From Nitrososphaera sp. (GTDB lineage Archaea; Thermoproteota; EX4484-205; JAAOZO01), in NCBI GenBank assembly GCA_039793485.1, contig JBAMLO010000035.1, forward strand, positions 9,506-35,953: a DNA stretch of 26,448 nucleotides, given 5' to 3'. The translations under genes were made by a program, and so were the position numbers. Numbering within the stretch: the first letter of the stretch is position 1; each line of letters opens with the position of its first letter. The notes beneath the pieces were generated by a model. The model worked only from the letters and a program-made list of their open reading frames with translations, did no database searches and was not told where the DNA came from. Below are positions 15,531 to 25,858 of the stretch, in pieces.

Positions 15531-17894
15531 TCATAGCCCAAACTTTCTAAACACATAGTACTTTGGAAAATCAATGAGAAGTGTAAAGAACATTGAGTAT
15601 CCTAAAATGACCAATACTTCATATACTGTTAATGGATAAATGAAAATGCCAAAAACTCCTAGTATCATGAACCCAATTATAGTTGCTATACTCGTAATAA
15701 GCAATTCTCTTCCTGGGCGTGAAGACCAAAAGTGCCTTCGCTCCCTTATGATTAATACTCTAAATTGGCTGTTAAACACGAGGTTTAGTAACACTAGGCT
15801 ACGAAGATGTTCCCAGTTTAAATGAAAATACTGAACTCCTGTAAATATTACAAGCATACCTTCTACAACTAAAAATGCAGCGGGGACTAGTGATGCTAAT
15901 GTAATGTTTTTTACGTTCCACTTGTTAGGACTTTTTGTATGCTCAACGTTATCCGTTGCTAACGACATTGTTACGAAGTCATTTGCAAACACAAGTAAAG
16001 ACATGCCAAGAAGAGAAAGCACAAGGTCATGCAACCAGAAAAAGCTCAGAGTTAGTACAGAAATAAACTCTATGACTTTTGTAACCTTATTGATTACCCA
16101 CGAGAGCGCTCGCTGATATGTTTGTCGACTTACTTTAATTAGATCAACTATTACACCCATTCCTGGTTCAGTTAAGACTACACTTGCAGATGCCTTAGCT
16201 ACGTCAGTCGAGTTACTTACAGCTATACCCATTTCAGCTTGCTTCAACGCAGGAGCATCATTAACACCATCTCCAGTCATTCCAACCATATGACCCTTAG
16301 ATTGTAAAAGTTTAACTATCTTGTATTTGTCTTCAGGATATATCTCAGCAAATCCATCAGCTTCTTCAACAATTTTTTCTTGTTCTGCTTCACTTAAACC
16401 TTCAAGATCTGGTAGTCTTATGATTTTATCACCAATTCCCACTTGACGTGCTATTTCTTTGGCTATGGCAATGTTGTCGCCAGTTAACATAATCGGCTTT
16501 ACCTCAAGCTTCCTTATCTCTTCTATCATACTTTTTGAATCAGGTCTGGGGGGATCAGCTAACGACAATAAGCCTACAAGTTTAAGGTCCTCGTTATTGT
16601 TTCCTTCAGATTTAGCAACGGCTATTGTTCTGTAGCCTTTTCGTGAAAACTCTTCTATCATTTTATTTGCTGAGTCTATAGTTTCTTTATCTATATTTTT
16701 GCACAACGACATGATAACTTGAGGTGCTCCTTTAACTACCTTAAACTGATCTTCGCTTGCTTTAACAATGGCTTCTGTCCTCTTTGTAGAAGGATCAAAA
16801 GGCTTATAAGAGATTTGTTTATACTTGCTGAGGTCAACTTTGAGATCTTTAGCATAAGTAATTACTGCAAGGTCAATTAAGTCTAGACTTTCTTCTCTTG
16901 ATGCTAGAGCAGCTAGAGCTACAACCTCTTCTTTTTTGTAACCGTAGAAAGGCGTAACATCAACAACAGATAACTTATTTTGAGTTATCGTGCCCGTTTT
17001 ATCAAGGCAAAGAACATCAATTGAAGCTGCATCTTCGATTGAATCAAGCCTCGTTACAAGAGCTCCTTTTTTAGCGAGCTCTACAGCTCCAACAGCTTGA
17101 ATTATAGTTAATACTGCAGGAAGTGCTACTGGAACCGCACCCATAAGAAAAGTTACAACAAATGTTAAAACTGTTAACAAATCTACATTAATAAGCAAAG
17201 CATAGGAAGAAACTAAAAGCGATGCCGCAATACCAAAGTACATCATGTACTTAATTATAGCCATCATTATTTCTTCTTGATGTGACTTAGGCTTAGCTAT
17301 TTTAACTAGCTCGGTTGTTTTACCAAAGTACGTGTTCGCACCAGTATTAACAACAACGCATATTGCTTCACCACGTCTCACTATTGAACCAGAGTAAACA
17401 ATATCGGACTCATGAACATCAACAGGAAGAGACTCTCCAGTTAATGCAGATTGGTCAACAGAAAGTTCTCCATTTATAATCTTGGCATCTGCAGGTACTA
17501 TATCTCCAAGTCTAACAGAGATGACATCACCAGGCACTACTTCTCTAGCCTCTTTTATTGTCCAATTTCCGTCCCTTAGAACCTTTGCCTTTATGGCTAG
17601 CTTTTTCTTTAAAAGCTCAACTGCCTTTTGTGAGCCACGAGCATGCCAGTGTCCTATGACCGCGTTAACTGTTAGCAACACGAAGATTATAATCCCCTCT
17701 ATATAGTGTCCCAATAAGAGTGAAAGTACCGCAGCTAGTTCGAGCAACCATGGCATAGGCCCCCAAAAACGAAGTAAAAAATCAAGGATAGGGTTTCTCT
17801 TTTTCTCTACTACTTCATTATATCCAAACACCTCAAGACGTCTTTTTGCTTCAGATTCAGAAATGCCTTTTTCAGTAGTATCTAATAGTTTCAT
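15531..17894 (-). CDS. P-type cation-transporting ATPase, plasma-membrane H+-ATPase-like (P3-type)
   Basis: 'CLDKTGTITQN' (phosphorylation site), 'MLTGDNIAIAKEIA', 'MTGDGVNDAPALKQAEMGIAV' and 'TGES' as 'LTGESLPV'. About 10 TM helices. N-terminal 'EAKRRLEVFGYNE' matches H+-ATPase actuator-domain starts. Confidence 0.85.
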   Translation of the reverse strand: MKLLDTTEKGISESEAKRRLEVFGYNEVVEKKRNPILDFLLRFWGPMPWLLELAAVLSLLLGHYIEGIIIFVLLTVNAVIGHWHARGSQKAVELLKKKLAIKAKVLRDGNWTIKEAREVVPGDVISVRLGDIVPADAKIINGELSVDQSALTGESLPVDVHESDIVYSGSIVRRGEAICVVVNTGANTYFGKTTELVKIAKPKSHQEEIMMAIIKYMMYFGIAASLLVSSYALLINVDLLTVLTFVVTFLMGAVPVALPAVLTIIQAVGAVELAKKGALVTRLDSIEDAASIDVLCLDKTGTITQNKLSVVDVTPFYGYKKEEVVALAALASREESLDLIDLAVITYAKDLKVDLSKYKQISYKPFDPSTKRTEAIVKASEDQFKVVKGAPQVIMSLCKNIDKETIDSANKMIEEFSRKGYRTIAVAKSEGNNNEDLKLVGLLSLADPPRPDSKSMIEEIRKLEVKPIMLTGDNIAIAKEIARQVGIGDKIIRLPDLEGLSEAEQEKIVEEADGFAEIYPEDKYKIVKLLQSKGHMVGMTGDGVNDAPALKQAEMGIAVSNSTDVAKASASVVLTEPGMGVIVDLIKVSRQTYQRALSWVINKVTKVIEFISVLTLSFFWLHDLVLSLLGMSLLVFANDFVTMSLATDNVEHTKSPNKWNVKNITLASLVPAAFLVVEGMLVIFTGVQYFHLNWEHLRSLVLLNLVFNSQFRVLIIRERRHFWSSRPGRELLITSIATIIGFMILGVFGIFIYPLTVYEVLVILGYSMFFTLLIDFPKYYVFRKFGL

Positions 17895-18175
17895 AGTTTC
17901 TTCGATTGAAAGATTTTTGAACTCAGATGTGCTTTTTGATTTCAGCTGACGTCACCTCCATGAAACTACTTGACATTTGACTTTTAGCATCCCGTTCTCT
18001 TTCGCTTTATAAAGTTTGTGATTAGAGCCAAGCAGAGAATCAATGAAATGTTGAGCGATGACTTTTTAAAATTTAAGACACAAAATAAAAAGAAAAAGAA
18101 TTCTTTTATGCAGGAAATACTAAGTTAACGAGGCATTCTGAGTTTTTTGTAGTTTAAAGTTAGGTTTTCTCATTA

Positions 18176-18622
18176 CTATTTGTTCACTACTTTAACCGTA
18201 ATTTCAATGATTTTCTCAACTTTCCATTGAAGGGTGTCGACTATTACGATAGCTCGAACACCTCTTGAGTTAAGAAACAAACGAACTTTTGTAACCTGTC
18301 CAAGTACCTTCCCATTAGCATCTACTGAGATACTTGTGAAGAACTGAACAAAAGTAACATTGAATCCATTCGGAAAGAGAGCTCTAACGTCATTATCTTC
18401 CTCTACAACTTTGAGTATCTTGTTCTTAAAATCTGAACTCACACTTCTGTTGTTTAATACAAAATTCGAATGTTTAATCGCCAAGGGGCCTTTTGACCTT
18501 GCAAAATTAAAGTAGGATATTTGGTTTGAAGGATTACTAAAAACTATAAGCAACATTGATCCTGTTACTACAGCAGATAGTAAAATTATTGAAAAAGTTA
18601 TCAGAAGAGCTTTCTTCTCCAT
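18176..18622 (-). CDS. Hypothetical membrane-anchored protein (N-terminal signal-anchor, ~120-aa extracytoplasmic domain)
   Basis: 'KKALLITFSIILLSAVVTGSMLLIVF' is a signal-anchor helix. GGTGA SD 6 nt upstream of the ATG at 18622. No recognisable family. Confidence 0.45.
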   Translation of the reverse strand: MEKKALLITFSIILLSAVVTGSMLLIVFSNPSNQISYFNFARSKGPLAIKHSNFVLNNRSVSSDFKNKILKVVEEDNDVRALFPNGFNVTFVQFFTSISVDANGKVLGQVTKVRLFLNSRGVRAIVIVDTLQWKVEKIIEITVKVVNK

Positions 18623-18746
18623 ACTACGTCACCTGAACTTTCGAATTTGAATGTTCTTATATAAGGTTTGTGAACGAATCGTCTATCCTTTAAATTATCT
18701 TTAGTTTGCAAAACTTAGAAATTTTTCAGTAAATCTTTAACTTAAG

Positions 18747-19820
18747 CTAAAAAGAAAAGGTTCTTTTCCAGTCTAAGTTATTGAGTTTCTCAATGAACTT
18801 AGCTATTAACTTTGATGCATTCTCAATGTCGCTAAGAGAGACTACTTCAACCGGAGAATGCATGTATCTCAATGGAATCGAGATTAAACCCGTAATAACG
18901 CCTCCTCTGCTCACCTGTATTGCGGCCGCATCGGTTCCGCTCAAGTTTGGAAGAGCTTCTAGTTGATAAGGAATGTTAAACTCTTTTGAGATTTCTTCTA
19001 GCATTGTCCACATCTTTGGATGAAAGTTTGGCCCAATCCCTATAACAGGCCCTTTTCCTAAGTCTACTCCAGATATTAGATTTGGGTCTACTCCTGGAGA
19101 AACAGCATGAGTTACGTCTACAGCAATGGCAATGTCAGGCTTTACATTATAAGAAGAAGTGATGGCACCTCTTAAACCAACTTCTTCCTGGACAGTTGCT
19201 ACAGTATAGAGTTCTCCATTTATTCCATTACTTAGTGCAATGTATGTAGCGTAAAGTATTGCTACAACACCAGCTTTGTCGTCCAGTCCAACACCTGATA
19301 CTTTGCCATTAGCTAGTTCTGATAAGTAAGGAGTCGTGGTTCCAACAGTTCCCGGTCTTATACCTAAATTTAGAACATCCTCCTTAGAATTCGCTCCAAT
19401 ATCTATGTACATGTCTTCTATTTTTACTGCTTTTTCTCTTTCTTCAGGTTTAGTGAGATGAACTGCTTTTGCTCCTATTACGCCATTAATTTTTCCCTTT
19501 TCAGTGTACAACGTTACCTTTTGTCCGTAGATGACTCTTGGATCAAACGACCTTGATGAAAAGTAGACGAACCCTTTCTCATCAACGTTTGTGACCATTA
19601 ATCCAATTTGATCCATGTGCGCAGCTAACATTAACTTGTACTTTTCTCCACCTCTTTTAATTCCATAAAGATTACCCATGACATCAGACTCTACGCTCAT
19701 TCCCATACTAGTAAGAATTGAGGAAATCTTTTCCCTTGTTTCAGTTTCAAAACCAGATATGCTTGGAGAAAGAACAAGCTCTTCAATTAATTCTCTTATG
19801 TTAAAGCTTTGCGATTTCAT
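18747..19820 (-). CDS. M42-family (TET/FrvX-type) aminopeptidase / endoglucanase-like peptidase
   Basis: 'AAHMDQIGLMV', 'GLDDKAGVVAIL' and 'VQEEVGLRGA' carry the metal-binding His/Asp/Glu residues of M42 peptidases. ATG at 19820. Confidence 0.8.
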   Translation of the reverse strand: MKSQSFNIRELIEELVLSPSISGFETETREKISSILTSMGMSVESDVMGNLYGIKRGGEKYKLMLAAHMDQIGLMVTNVDEKGFVYFSSRSFDPRVIYGQKVTLYTEKGKINGVIGAKAVHLTKPEEREKAVKIEDMYIDIGANSKEDVLNLGIRPGTVGTTTPYLSELANGKVSGVGLDDKAGVVAILYATYIALSNGINGELYTVATVQEEVGLRGAITSSYNVKPDIAIAVDVTHAVSPGVDPNLISGVDLGKGPVIGIGPNFHPKMWTMLEEISKEFNIPYQLEALPNLSGTDAAAIQVSRGGVITGLISIPLRYMHSPVEVVSLSDIENASKLIAKFIEKLNNLDWKRTFSF

Positions 19821-20051
19821 TTGCCACTTAATGACTAGAATGTTGTATTAAAGCTTTTAAAAAATTCAAAAAGAAAGCTTAGAGTTTAGCCTTGAGACGA
19901 ATCGTCGAAAGTTTATTAGTTACTTTAGACAAAGCAAATGCAACATAACGAAGTACTAAATTATTTTTAGAGAATTCAATTATGCGTTCATCGAAGAAAA
20001 ATTTACTTTAAGCTAATGAGAAAAAAGTTTAACGAATAAAGAAGCTCTGAG

Positions 20052-20630
20052 TTAAGCCATAGAAGATGCGGAACAACCAAAGAAATTACAAAGAACCTTT
20101 TCTAAGTAAGCTAGCAAAGAAACAGAGCTTTTAAAACTTGACTTTAGGTTTAAGAATGGGTTAGCAAAATACTCAAGTTCTATTGAAATTGTGGGCTCAT
20201 TAAGCTGTAGCTCAGGAGCACCGTATAATCCTGGACCTTCTCTTGAGTTGTGAATATAGCTAACTTCAAGCCTTTGTACGTCAATTGCCTTAATTTTTTT
20301 AAGTAGTTCACCATCTGTGTTTAATAGCTCTTCTAAACTTTCGAGCTCAGCAACGTTTGCTATAAACTTCATTTTTTTACCGGACAAAAAGGAGCTTTTA
20401 AGCTCAAGAGACATGAGGCTACCAAAGCTAAAGTTAAGTTCTTTTTCTAATGCTAGAAGTCTTACGAGAAGTACAGAAACTTTGAAAGGAGAATCTCTTA
20501 TGTTTCTTAAAGTTAAAAAGACGTTATTAGGCATTAATTTTGGTTTAAGCTTTAAGAAATAATATTGGCCATTAATGTCAACTTCATCTATTAGCTCTTT
20601 TAGTTGTGCTAGTTCTTTAGGAAAGCCCAT
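20052..20630 (-). CDS. Hypothetical protein (192 aa), no recognisable domain
   Basis: ORF of adequate length with codon usage similar to its neighbours. Transcribed divergently from the threonine-synthase-like gene. Confidence 0.35.
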   Translation of the reverse strand: MGFPKELAQLKELIDEVDINGQYYFLKLKPKLMPNNVFLTLRNIRDSPFKVSVLLVRLLALEKELNFSFGSLMSLELKSSFLSGKKMKFIANVAELESLEELLNTDGELLKKIKAIDVQRLEVSYIHNSREGPGLYGAPELQLNEPTISIELEYFANPFLNLKSSFKSSVSLLAYLEKVLCNFFGCSASSMA

Positions 20631-20766
20631 CTACGAAGCTAAGAATAGAGGACTTACTATTTAAAAGTTATTTCTAAACAGATTTTTGCGCACTGTAGCT
20701 GAACTTCAATTACAATATTTTCGATAACCAGAAAGAATTAAAACATCCTTAGGTATCCTGTAAGAA

Positions 20767-21885
20767 ATGAGTTTTAGTGTGGTTTGCAGTAGATGCAACA
20801 ACTACAGGCAAATGGCAACAGAATGGAAGTGTAGTTGTGGTGCTCCTTTCAAAGTCATACTTCAAGAGAAGTTTAAAAAGGAAAGAATATTTAGAAACAA
20901 CAGATCGTTATGGCGGTACTTTCGCTTTTTTCCGTATGTTAGAAAAGAAAAAATTGTCAGTCTAGGAGAAGGATGGACGCCTCTAGTAAGAGTAAAAGAG
21001 AACTTATGGTTTAAGCTTGACTACCTTATGCCAACCGGGTCATTTAAAGATAGAGGATCTTCTGTTTTAATCTCAGGGTTACTTTCTGAAATCCCAGGAA
21101 TAGGTGGTATTTCCGAAGATTCTTCGGGCAATGCTGGAGCATCAATTTCAGCTTATTGTGCGAGAGCCGGAATAAAATCAAAGATTTACGTACCAGAAAA
21201 AGCTTCAGGGCAAAAAATGTTACAAACGTTAAGTTATGGTGCTCAAGTCTTTAAAGTTAAGGGTTCTAGAGAAGAGGTTTCAAAAAAGGCTCAAGAAGTA
21301 AATGAAGGCTATATTTACGCTGGCCACGCATGGCACCCATACTTTAGAGATGGAATTAGAACATTAGCTTACGAAATAGCAGAGCAAACAAGATGGAGAA
21401 ACTTCGACTATGTTTATCTTCCAGTTTCATCTGGAACTCTTTTGCTTGGATTTATGGATGGAGTAAAGCATATGTACGACTCAGACATAATAGATTCGAT
21501 TCCAAAGGTTATTGCGTCGCAAACTACTCAAGTTTCTCCAGTCTATCACAAATTAAGAAACCTTCCGTACTCGCCACCATCAGAAGTTAAAACAGTAGCG
21601 GATGCGCTAGTAAGCACAAACCCGCCTTTGCTAGAAGAGATGATGAATGCCCTAAAAGCAATGGATGGGGATGCAGAAATTGTAAGCGAAGAAGAAATCG
21701 TAAATGCTCATAACTTACTTGCAAAAAGTGGGTTTTATGTTGAACCAAGTTCTGCTGTAGCGTATGCAGCGTACTTAAAGCACTTAAAAGAAGGAACAAT
21801 CAACAAAAACAAAAGAACAGTGATTGTACTAACTGGAATAGGTCTGAAGTCACAACTTCATAGTGAAAGCTTTCTTAAGAGGTAA
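20767..21885 (+). CDS. thrC: Threonine synthase-like PLP-dependent enzyme (fold-type II) with N-terminal zinc ribbon
   Basis: 'CSRC...CSCG' is an N-terminal rubredoxin-like ribbon. 'GEGWTPLV' is present. 'PTGSFKDRG' contains the PLP-binding Lys, as in archaeal ThrC. The Gly-rich loop 'SSGNAGAS' is present. Confidence 0.75.
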   Translation: MSFSVVCSRCNNYRQMATEWKCSCGAPFKVILQEKFKKERIFRNNRSLWRYFRFFPYVRKEKIVSLGEGWTPLVRVKENLWFKLDYLMPTGSFKDRGSSVLISGLLSEIPGIGGISEDSSGNAGASISAYCARAGIKSKIYVPEKASGQKMLQTLSYGAQVFKVKGSREEVSKKAQEVNEGYIYAGHAWHPYFRDGIRTLAYEIAEQTRWRNFDYVYLPVSSGTLLLGFMDGVKHMYDSDIIDSIPKVIASQTTQVSPVYHKLRNLPYSPPSEVKTVADALVSTNPPLLEEMMNALKAMDGDAEIVSEEEIVNAHNLLAKSGFYVEPSSAVAYAAYLKHLKEGTINKNKRTVIVLTGIGLKSQLHSESFLKR

Positions 21886-21923
21886 AAGTAACTAAAAAAA
21901 GAAAAGAAAAAAGATTGAGAAAT

Positions 21924-23069
21924 TTAGAATTTTACTGTAACTCGTTTCCCAGTTTCTGCTGACTCAAGAATTGCGTCGAGAATTACTGCATTTCTATAGC
22001 CATCTTCAAACGTCGCACCGTATGGCTCTATTTTTTTGTCGTTAACTATTGCGTCTATAAAGTGGTAAACTTCGTTTATGAACGTGTGCTCCCACCCAAT
22101 TATGTGACCAGGTGGCCAATAGTGAGAAATGTATGGATGATCTTTTTCAGTAACTAGTATTTCACTCCAGCCTAATGTTCTTGCTTCTCCATCTGCAGAA
22201 TAGAATCTCAGTTCGTTCAATCTTTCTAAGTTAAACTCTATTGAACCTTTCTCTCCATTGATTTCAAAATTATTGTAGTTCTTCCTCCCTGTTGCAAACC
22301 TTGAAGCTTCAAAGGTACCTATAGCACCGTTTTCAAACTCTAAGACTGCAGCAAAAGCATCTTCAACAGTTACTTTTCCTTTCTTAGTTGGGTCTTCTGG
22401 CAAAGGTCGTTCGTTTATGAACGTTCTTGTAACTGCAGAAACTGCAGTAACTTCTCCTAAGATAAACCTAGCGAGGTCAATTATATGGCTTCCTAAGTCC
22501 CCTAGGGGTCCACTCCCAGCCTTTTCTTTAATAAGTCTCCAAACTAGAGGGAAGTTTGGGTCTACAATCCAGTCTTGAAGGTACCTTGCTCTAAAGTGGT
22601 ATATTCTTCCTAGTTTTCCAGACTTAACAATTTCTCTCGCTAAAACAACTGCAGGAACGAAACGATAGTTAAAAGCAACCATCGTTTTTACAGAGCTTTT
22701 CTTTGCTGCCTCAAACATCTCCTTAGCTTCCTTGCTGTTTCTAGCCAAAGGTTTCTCACAAAGAACGTGTTTCCCTGCTTCTATTGCTGCGATTGATGGC
22801 TCGGCGTGCATATCGTTTGGGAGAGAATTATCTACGATTTCTACCTCTTTGTCTTTGATTACTTCTTTCCAATCTGTTGTATACCTCTTAAAACCAAAAT
22901 TCTCAGCAGCTTCTTTCACTTTACTTTCAGTTCTTCCAAATATTGTTACTAGCTCCGGAATTGCTGGGGCAGGCCAAAAGAAGTGAGGCATGTCTTTGAA
23001 GGCATGAGAATGTGCTTTACCCATGAAGGCATAACCAAGTAACCCAACTCCAATCTTCCTAGTCGTCAT
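21924..23069 (-). CDS. Gfo/Idh/MocA-family oxidoreductase
   Basis: 'KIGVGLLGYAFMGKAHSHAF' (Rossmann) and 'EKPLARNSKEAKEM'. The ORF track starts at 23081 and overlaps the upstream gene by 10 nt. The ATG at 23069 has a strong GGTGG SD 5 nt upstream, and the upstream gene's stop lies 2 nt before it. Confidence 0.8.
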   Translation of the reverse strand: MTTRKIGVGLLGYAFMGKAHSHAFKDMPHFFWPAPAIPELVTIFGRTESKVKEAAENFGFKRYTTDWKEVIKDKEVEIVDNSLPNDMHAEPSIAAIEAGKHVLCEKPLARNSKEAKEMFEAAKKSSVKTMVAFNYRFVPAVVLAREIVKSGKLGRIYHFRARYLQDWIVDPNFPLVWRLIKEKAGSGPLGDLGSHIIDLARFILGEVTAVSAVTRTFINERPLPEDPTKKGKVTVEDAFAAVLEFENGAIGTFEASRFATGRKNYNNFEINGEKGSIEFNLERLNELRFYSADGEARTLGWSEILVTEKDHPYISHYWPPGHIIGWEHTFINEVYHFIDAIVNDKKIEPYGATFEDGYRNAVILDAILESAETGKRVTVKF

Positions 23070-23071
23070 CT

Positions 23072-24037
23072 TTACCACCATGGTTTAACCTCTGGGGGTT
23101 CAACATTAACTAAAGGCTTTAAGTATGCGATTGCTTGTTCAACACCAGACTTTCTACTAAAGCAGGGATCTTCGTGCTCCACGCTAAGAACATAGTTGTA
23201 ACCAACTTCAAGTAGTGCAGTGATTACTTTCCTCCAAGGTACGTCGCCCCATCCAATTGTTCTGAATCTTACAGCCCTTGCAATTTGATTCCAAGGACCA
23301 GTTATTAGTACACCTGTTCTTGAAGCACTATGCTTCACTACTTCTACGTCTTTTGCATGAACATGATAAATCCTTTCGTTTAGTTCGTAGATGAATTGAA
23401 CTGGATCCATCTGCTGCCAAACTAGGTGAGAAGGATCATAGTTAAACCCTAAGGCTTTATGGTTGTCAGCAACTTTAAGTAGTGTTTTTGCAGTATCTAA
23501 GTTGTAGTTTAGCTCTTGAGGATGAGTTTCAAAAGCAATTTTTATTCCATGGTCTTTTGCATAGTCTAAGATTGGAAGCCACTTCTCCTTAAATAAGTCG
23601 AGATAGCTTTCCCAAACTTTTTGATTTCCCGGAGGGTAGCCATACCACTTGCCCCACTCTGGAACTCCAGTAAAAGAATTAACAACAGGAACTTCTAGTG
23701 CAGCTGCTGCCTCAATCGTCTTCTTTAGCCTTTCAACACCATACTTTGATTTTTCCTCTGGAGTTCCTTTAAACCACTCATCTGTTGAAGGATCGTGAGG
23801 CCCAAGTACGAGCTGCCCTTCTAAATGGTTGCTTAATGCGGAAATCATGAGACCATATTTCTTTACTGTACTTTTGTACTCAGAAGCCCCGCCCTTTATG
23901 ATTTTTTCTATGTCAATATGGTTGCTTCCTTTCCATGCTGCGATTTCAACTGCTTGATAGCCAATAGACGAAACGTATTCTAGTGTTTTTTCTAACGGTT
24001 GGTCGTTGTACAAAGCTAAGAATATGCCTACTTTCAT
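23072..24037 (-). CDS. Sugar-phosphate isomerase/epimerase (xylose-isomerase-like TIM barrel)
   Basis: 'KVGIFLALYNDQPLEKTLEYVSSIGYQAVEI', 'IAFETHPQE' and 'VHAKD' metal-binding motifs. GGTGA SD 6 nt upstream of the ATG at 24037. Translationally coupled to the downstream Gfo/Idh/MocA gene. Confidence 0.75.
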   Translation of the reverse strand: MKVGIFLALYNDQPLEKTLEYVSSIGYQAVEIAAWKGSNHIDIEKIIKGGASEYKSTVKKYGLMISALSNHLEGQLVLGPHDPSTDEWFKGTPEEKSKYGVERLKKTIEAAAALEVPVVNSFTGVPEWGKWYGYPPGNQKVWESYLDLFKEKWLPILDYAKDHGIKIAFETHPQELNYNLDTAKTLLKVADNHKALGFNYDPSHLVWQQMDPVQFIYELNERIYHVHAKDVEVVKHSASRTGVLITGPWNQIARAVRFRTIGWGDVPWRKVITALLEVGYNYVLSVEHEDPCFSRKSGVEQAIAYLKPLVNVEPPEVKPWW

Positions 24038-24210
24038 CTTCTTTCACCGCTTATCAGTAATATTTTTTGAAAATATAAGCTTTACTAGCTCAACTACTTA
24101 ACCTTAAGCTTACTTCAGGTGACACGTTAGGAACCACATACAGCAAGAACTTTACATTAAGAAAGTAAGAGATGGTTGAAAAAAGACTTACGAGCTATTC
24201 TTAGAGCAAC

Positions 24211-25671
24211 TCACAAACTAGAAATTTGAATTGAGATTACGTTAACTGAATGTGGATTAAGCAACAAGTTGATTTTTCCATCGAAAAATCTATCTACTTT
24301 GTTATTCGTTACCTCTACTTTGTTTGGTTCATCAAAACTATTCTTATCTTCTACAGATTCTCCAGAGAAACTGGATACCTGAAAATGACCCTGAGAGAGG
24401 CCATCTAAATGGATCTCACATGACAATTTATCTTTTTCATGCCTATTCACAACGTAGACATAAGCTCTATTAGAGGAACTACTGTACGAAGCCGTTACGT
24501 CAACGTATGGAACTTCACTAAGCTTACTAGACTTATAAGTCGGAGAGTTTACTTTTACGTCCAGAACTTTATCCCCCCTATTTTGAGAAAAAAGTTTGAA
24601 AGCTAGATACTGAGGATTAACAAAAAATGCACCATCATCTCTAGTGTATATTAGTGGTAGCACATTTATTGTTTGGGCAAAGGTTGAAATAGAAACTATA
24701 TCGTAAAGCCTATGCAAAGCATTCAACATCATTGCAGTATAAAGCCCATCCTTTACTGAAGTTATTTGGTGATGGAGAACTGGCTTAGCTTCAGGATACC
24801 AAACATTCCACTCATCAAACGAAATCTTTATATCTTTTCGTACTTTTCCAAGTCTTTCAGCAACTTTGATATTTCTATATATTTCTCTTAGCCAATTTTC
24901 TATTTCAATAGGCAAAGCCATATAGTCATAGTAGTTCATTGAAGAAGGGTTGTCGTATCTGTGGATAGAAAGATAGTCAAACCAGTTTCCAGCAGTTTTT
25001 ACCATTTCCATGTCCCATTCAGGATTTCCACTTCCCACTGCAACTAATTCTATATTACTGTCTACTTTTTTCATTTCGTTTGAAAACTCTATAGTTCTCT
25101 TAGCAAAGTCTTTTGGATCTAATGCAAAACCTATTTGCCAAGAGCCATAAGCTTCATTTCCAATCCCCCACAGCTTTACGCCATAAGGTTCTTCGTGACC
25201 ATATTTGGCACGTAAAGTAGCATAGTAAGAATTTCCTCTTCTGTTGCAGTATTCAACCCACCTTGCTGCTTCCTCTGGAGAGCCATTACCAGCATTAACA
25301 ACAATAAAAGGTTCTGCACCTATCAGTTTGCACCATTGAATAAACTCATCAGTACCAAACTGGTTACTTTCCTCTACACCCCAAGCTAGATCATATCTTA
25401 CTGGCCTTTTTTCTCTTGGGCCTAGTCCATCTTCAAAATGGTAGCCTGAGGAAAAGTTTCCTCCTGGCCATCTTATTACCGAAGGAGCTATAGCTTTTAC
25501 AGCTTCAAGGACATCCTTTCTGTAACCATTTACATTTTGAATTTGAGAACTTTCTCCCACCCATACGCCACCATATATGCATCGCCCAAGGTGTTCTATA
25601 AATTGCCCATAGATCCTTTTATCAATTGTACCCTTTACTTTGGTAAGATTTACCTCTATCTTGACATCCAT
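24211..25671 (-). CDS. abfA: GH51 alpha-L-arabinofuranosidase
   Basis: 'IYGQFIEHLGRCIYGGVWVG', 'IRWPGGNFSSGYHF' and 'WGIGNEAYG' (acid/base Glu), plus the C-terminal beta-sandwich. ATG at 25671. Confidence 0.85.
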   Translation of the reverse strand: MDVKIEVNLTKVKGTIDKRIYGQFIEHLGRCIYGGVWVGESSQIQNVNGYRKDVLEAVKAIAPSVIRWPGGNFSSGYHFEDGLGPREKRPVRYDLAWGVEESNQFGTDEFIQWCKLIGAEPFIVVNAGNGSPEEAARWVEYCNRRGNSYYATLRAKYGHEEPYGVKLWGIGNEAYGSWQIGFALDPKDFAKRTIEFSNEMKKVDSNIELVAVGSGNPEWDMEMVKTAGNWFDYLSIHRYDNPSSMNYYDYMALPIEIENWLREIYRNIKVAERLGKVRKDIKISFDEWNVWYPEAKPVLHHQITSVKDGLYTAMMLNALHRLYDIVSISTFAQTINVLPLIYTRDDGAFFVNPQYLAFKLFSQNRGDKVLDVKVNSPTYKSSKLSEVPYVDVTASYSSSSNRAYVYVVNRHEKDKLSCEIHLDGLSQGHFQVSSFSGESVEDKNSFDEPNKVEVTNNKVDRFFDGKINLLLNPHSVNVISIQISSL

Positions 25672-25858
25672 AAAACTAAGGAAAACTCTTAAGTATTTAA
25701 GCTTTATTAGCTCACTGACGTTCTGATAATTTGGTCGAAAGAATGGAGATCAACTACACCTAGAGCATTCTACTTATTTAAAAGACAACTCATCTAAAAA
25801 AATACAACCATAGGAAAATAATAAATACTCCTATATGCTCATATAATGAGAAGAAAAA

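Noticed and set aside
17924-17962. 12-codon mini-ORF (MEVTSAEIKKHI) upstream of the P-type ATPase as a real gene.
   Set aside because: Too short to support as a CDS from sequence alone. Reported only as a low-interest observation alongside the palindromic motif.
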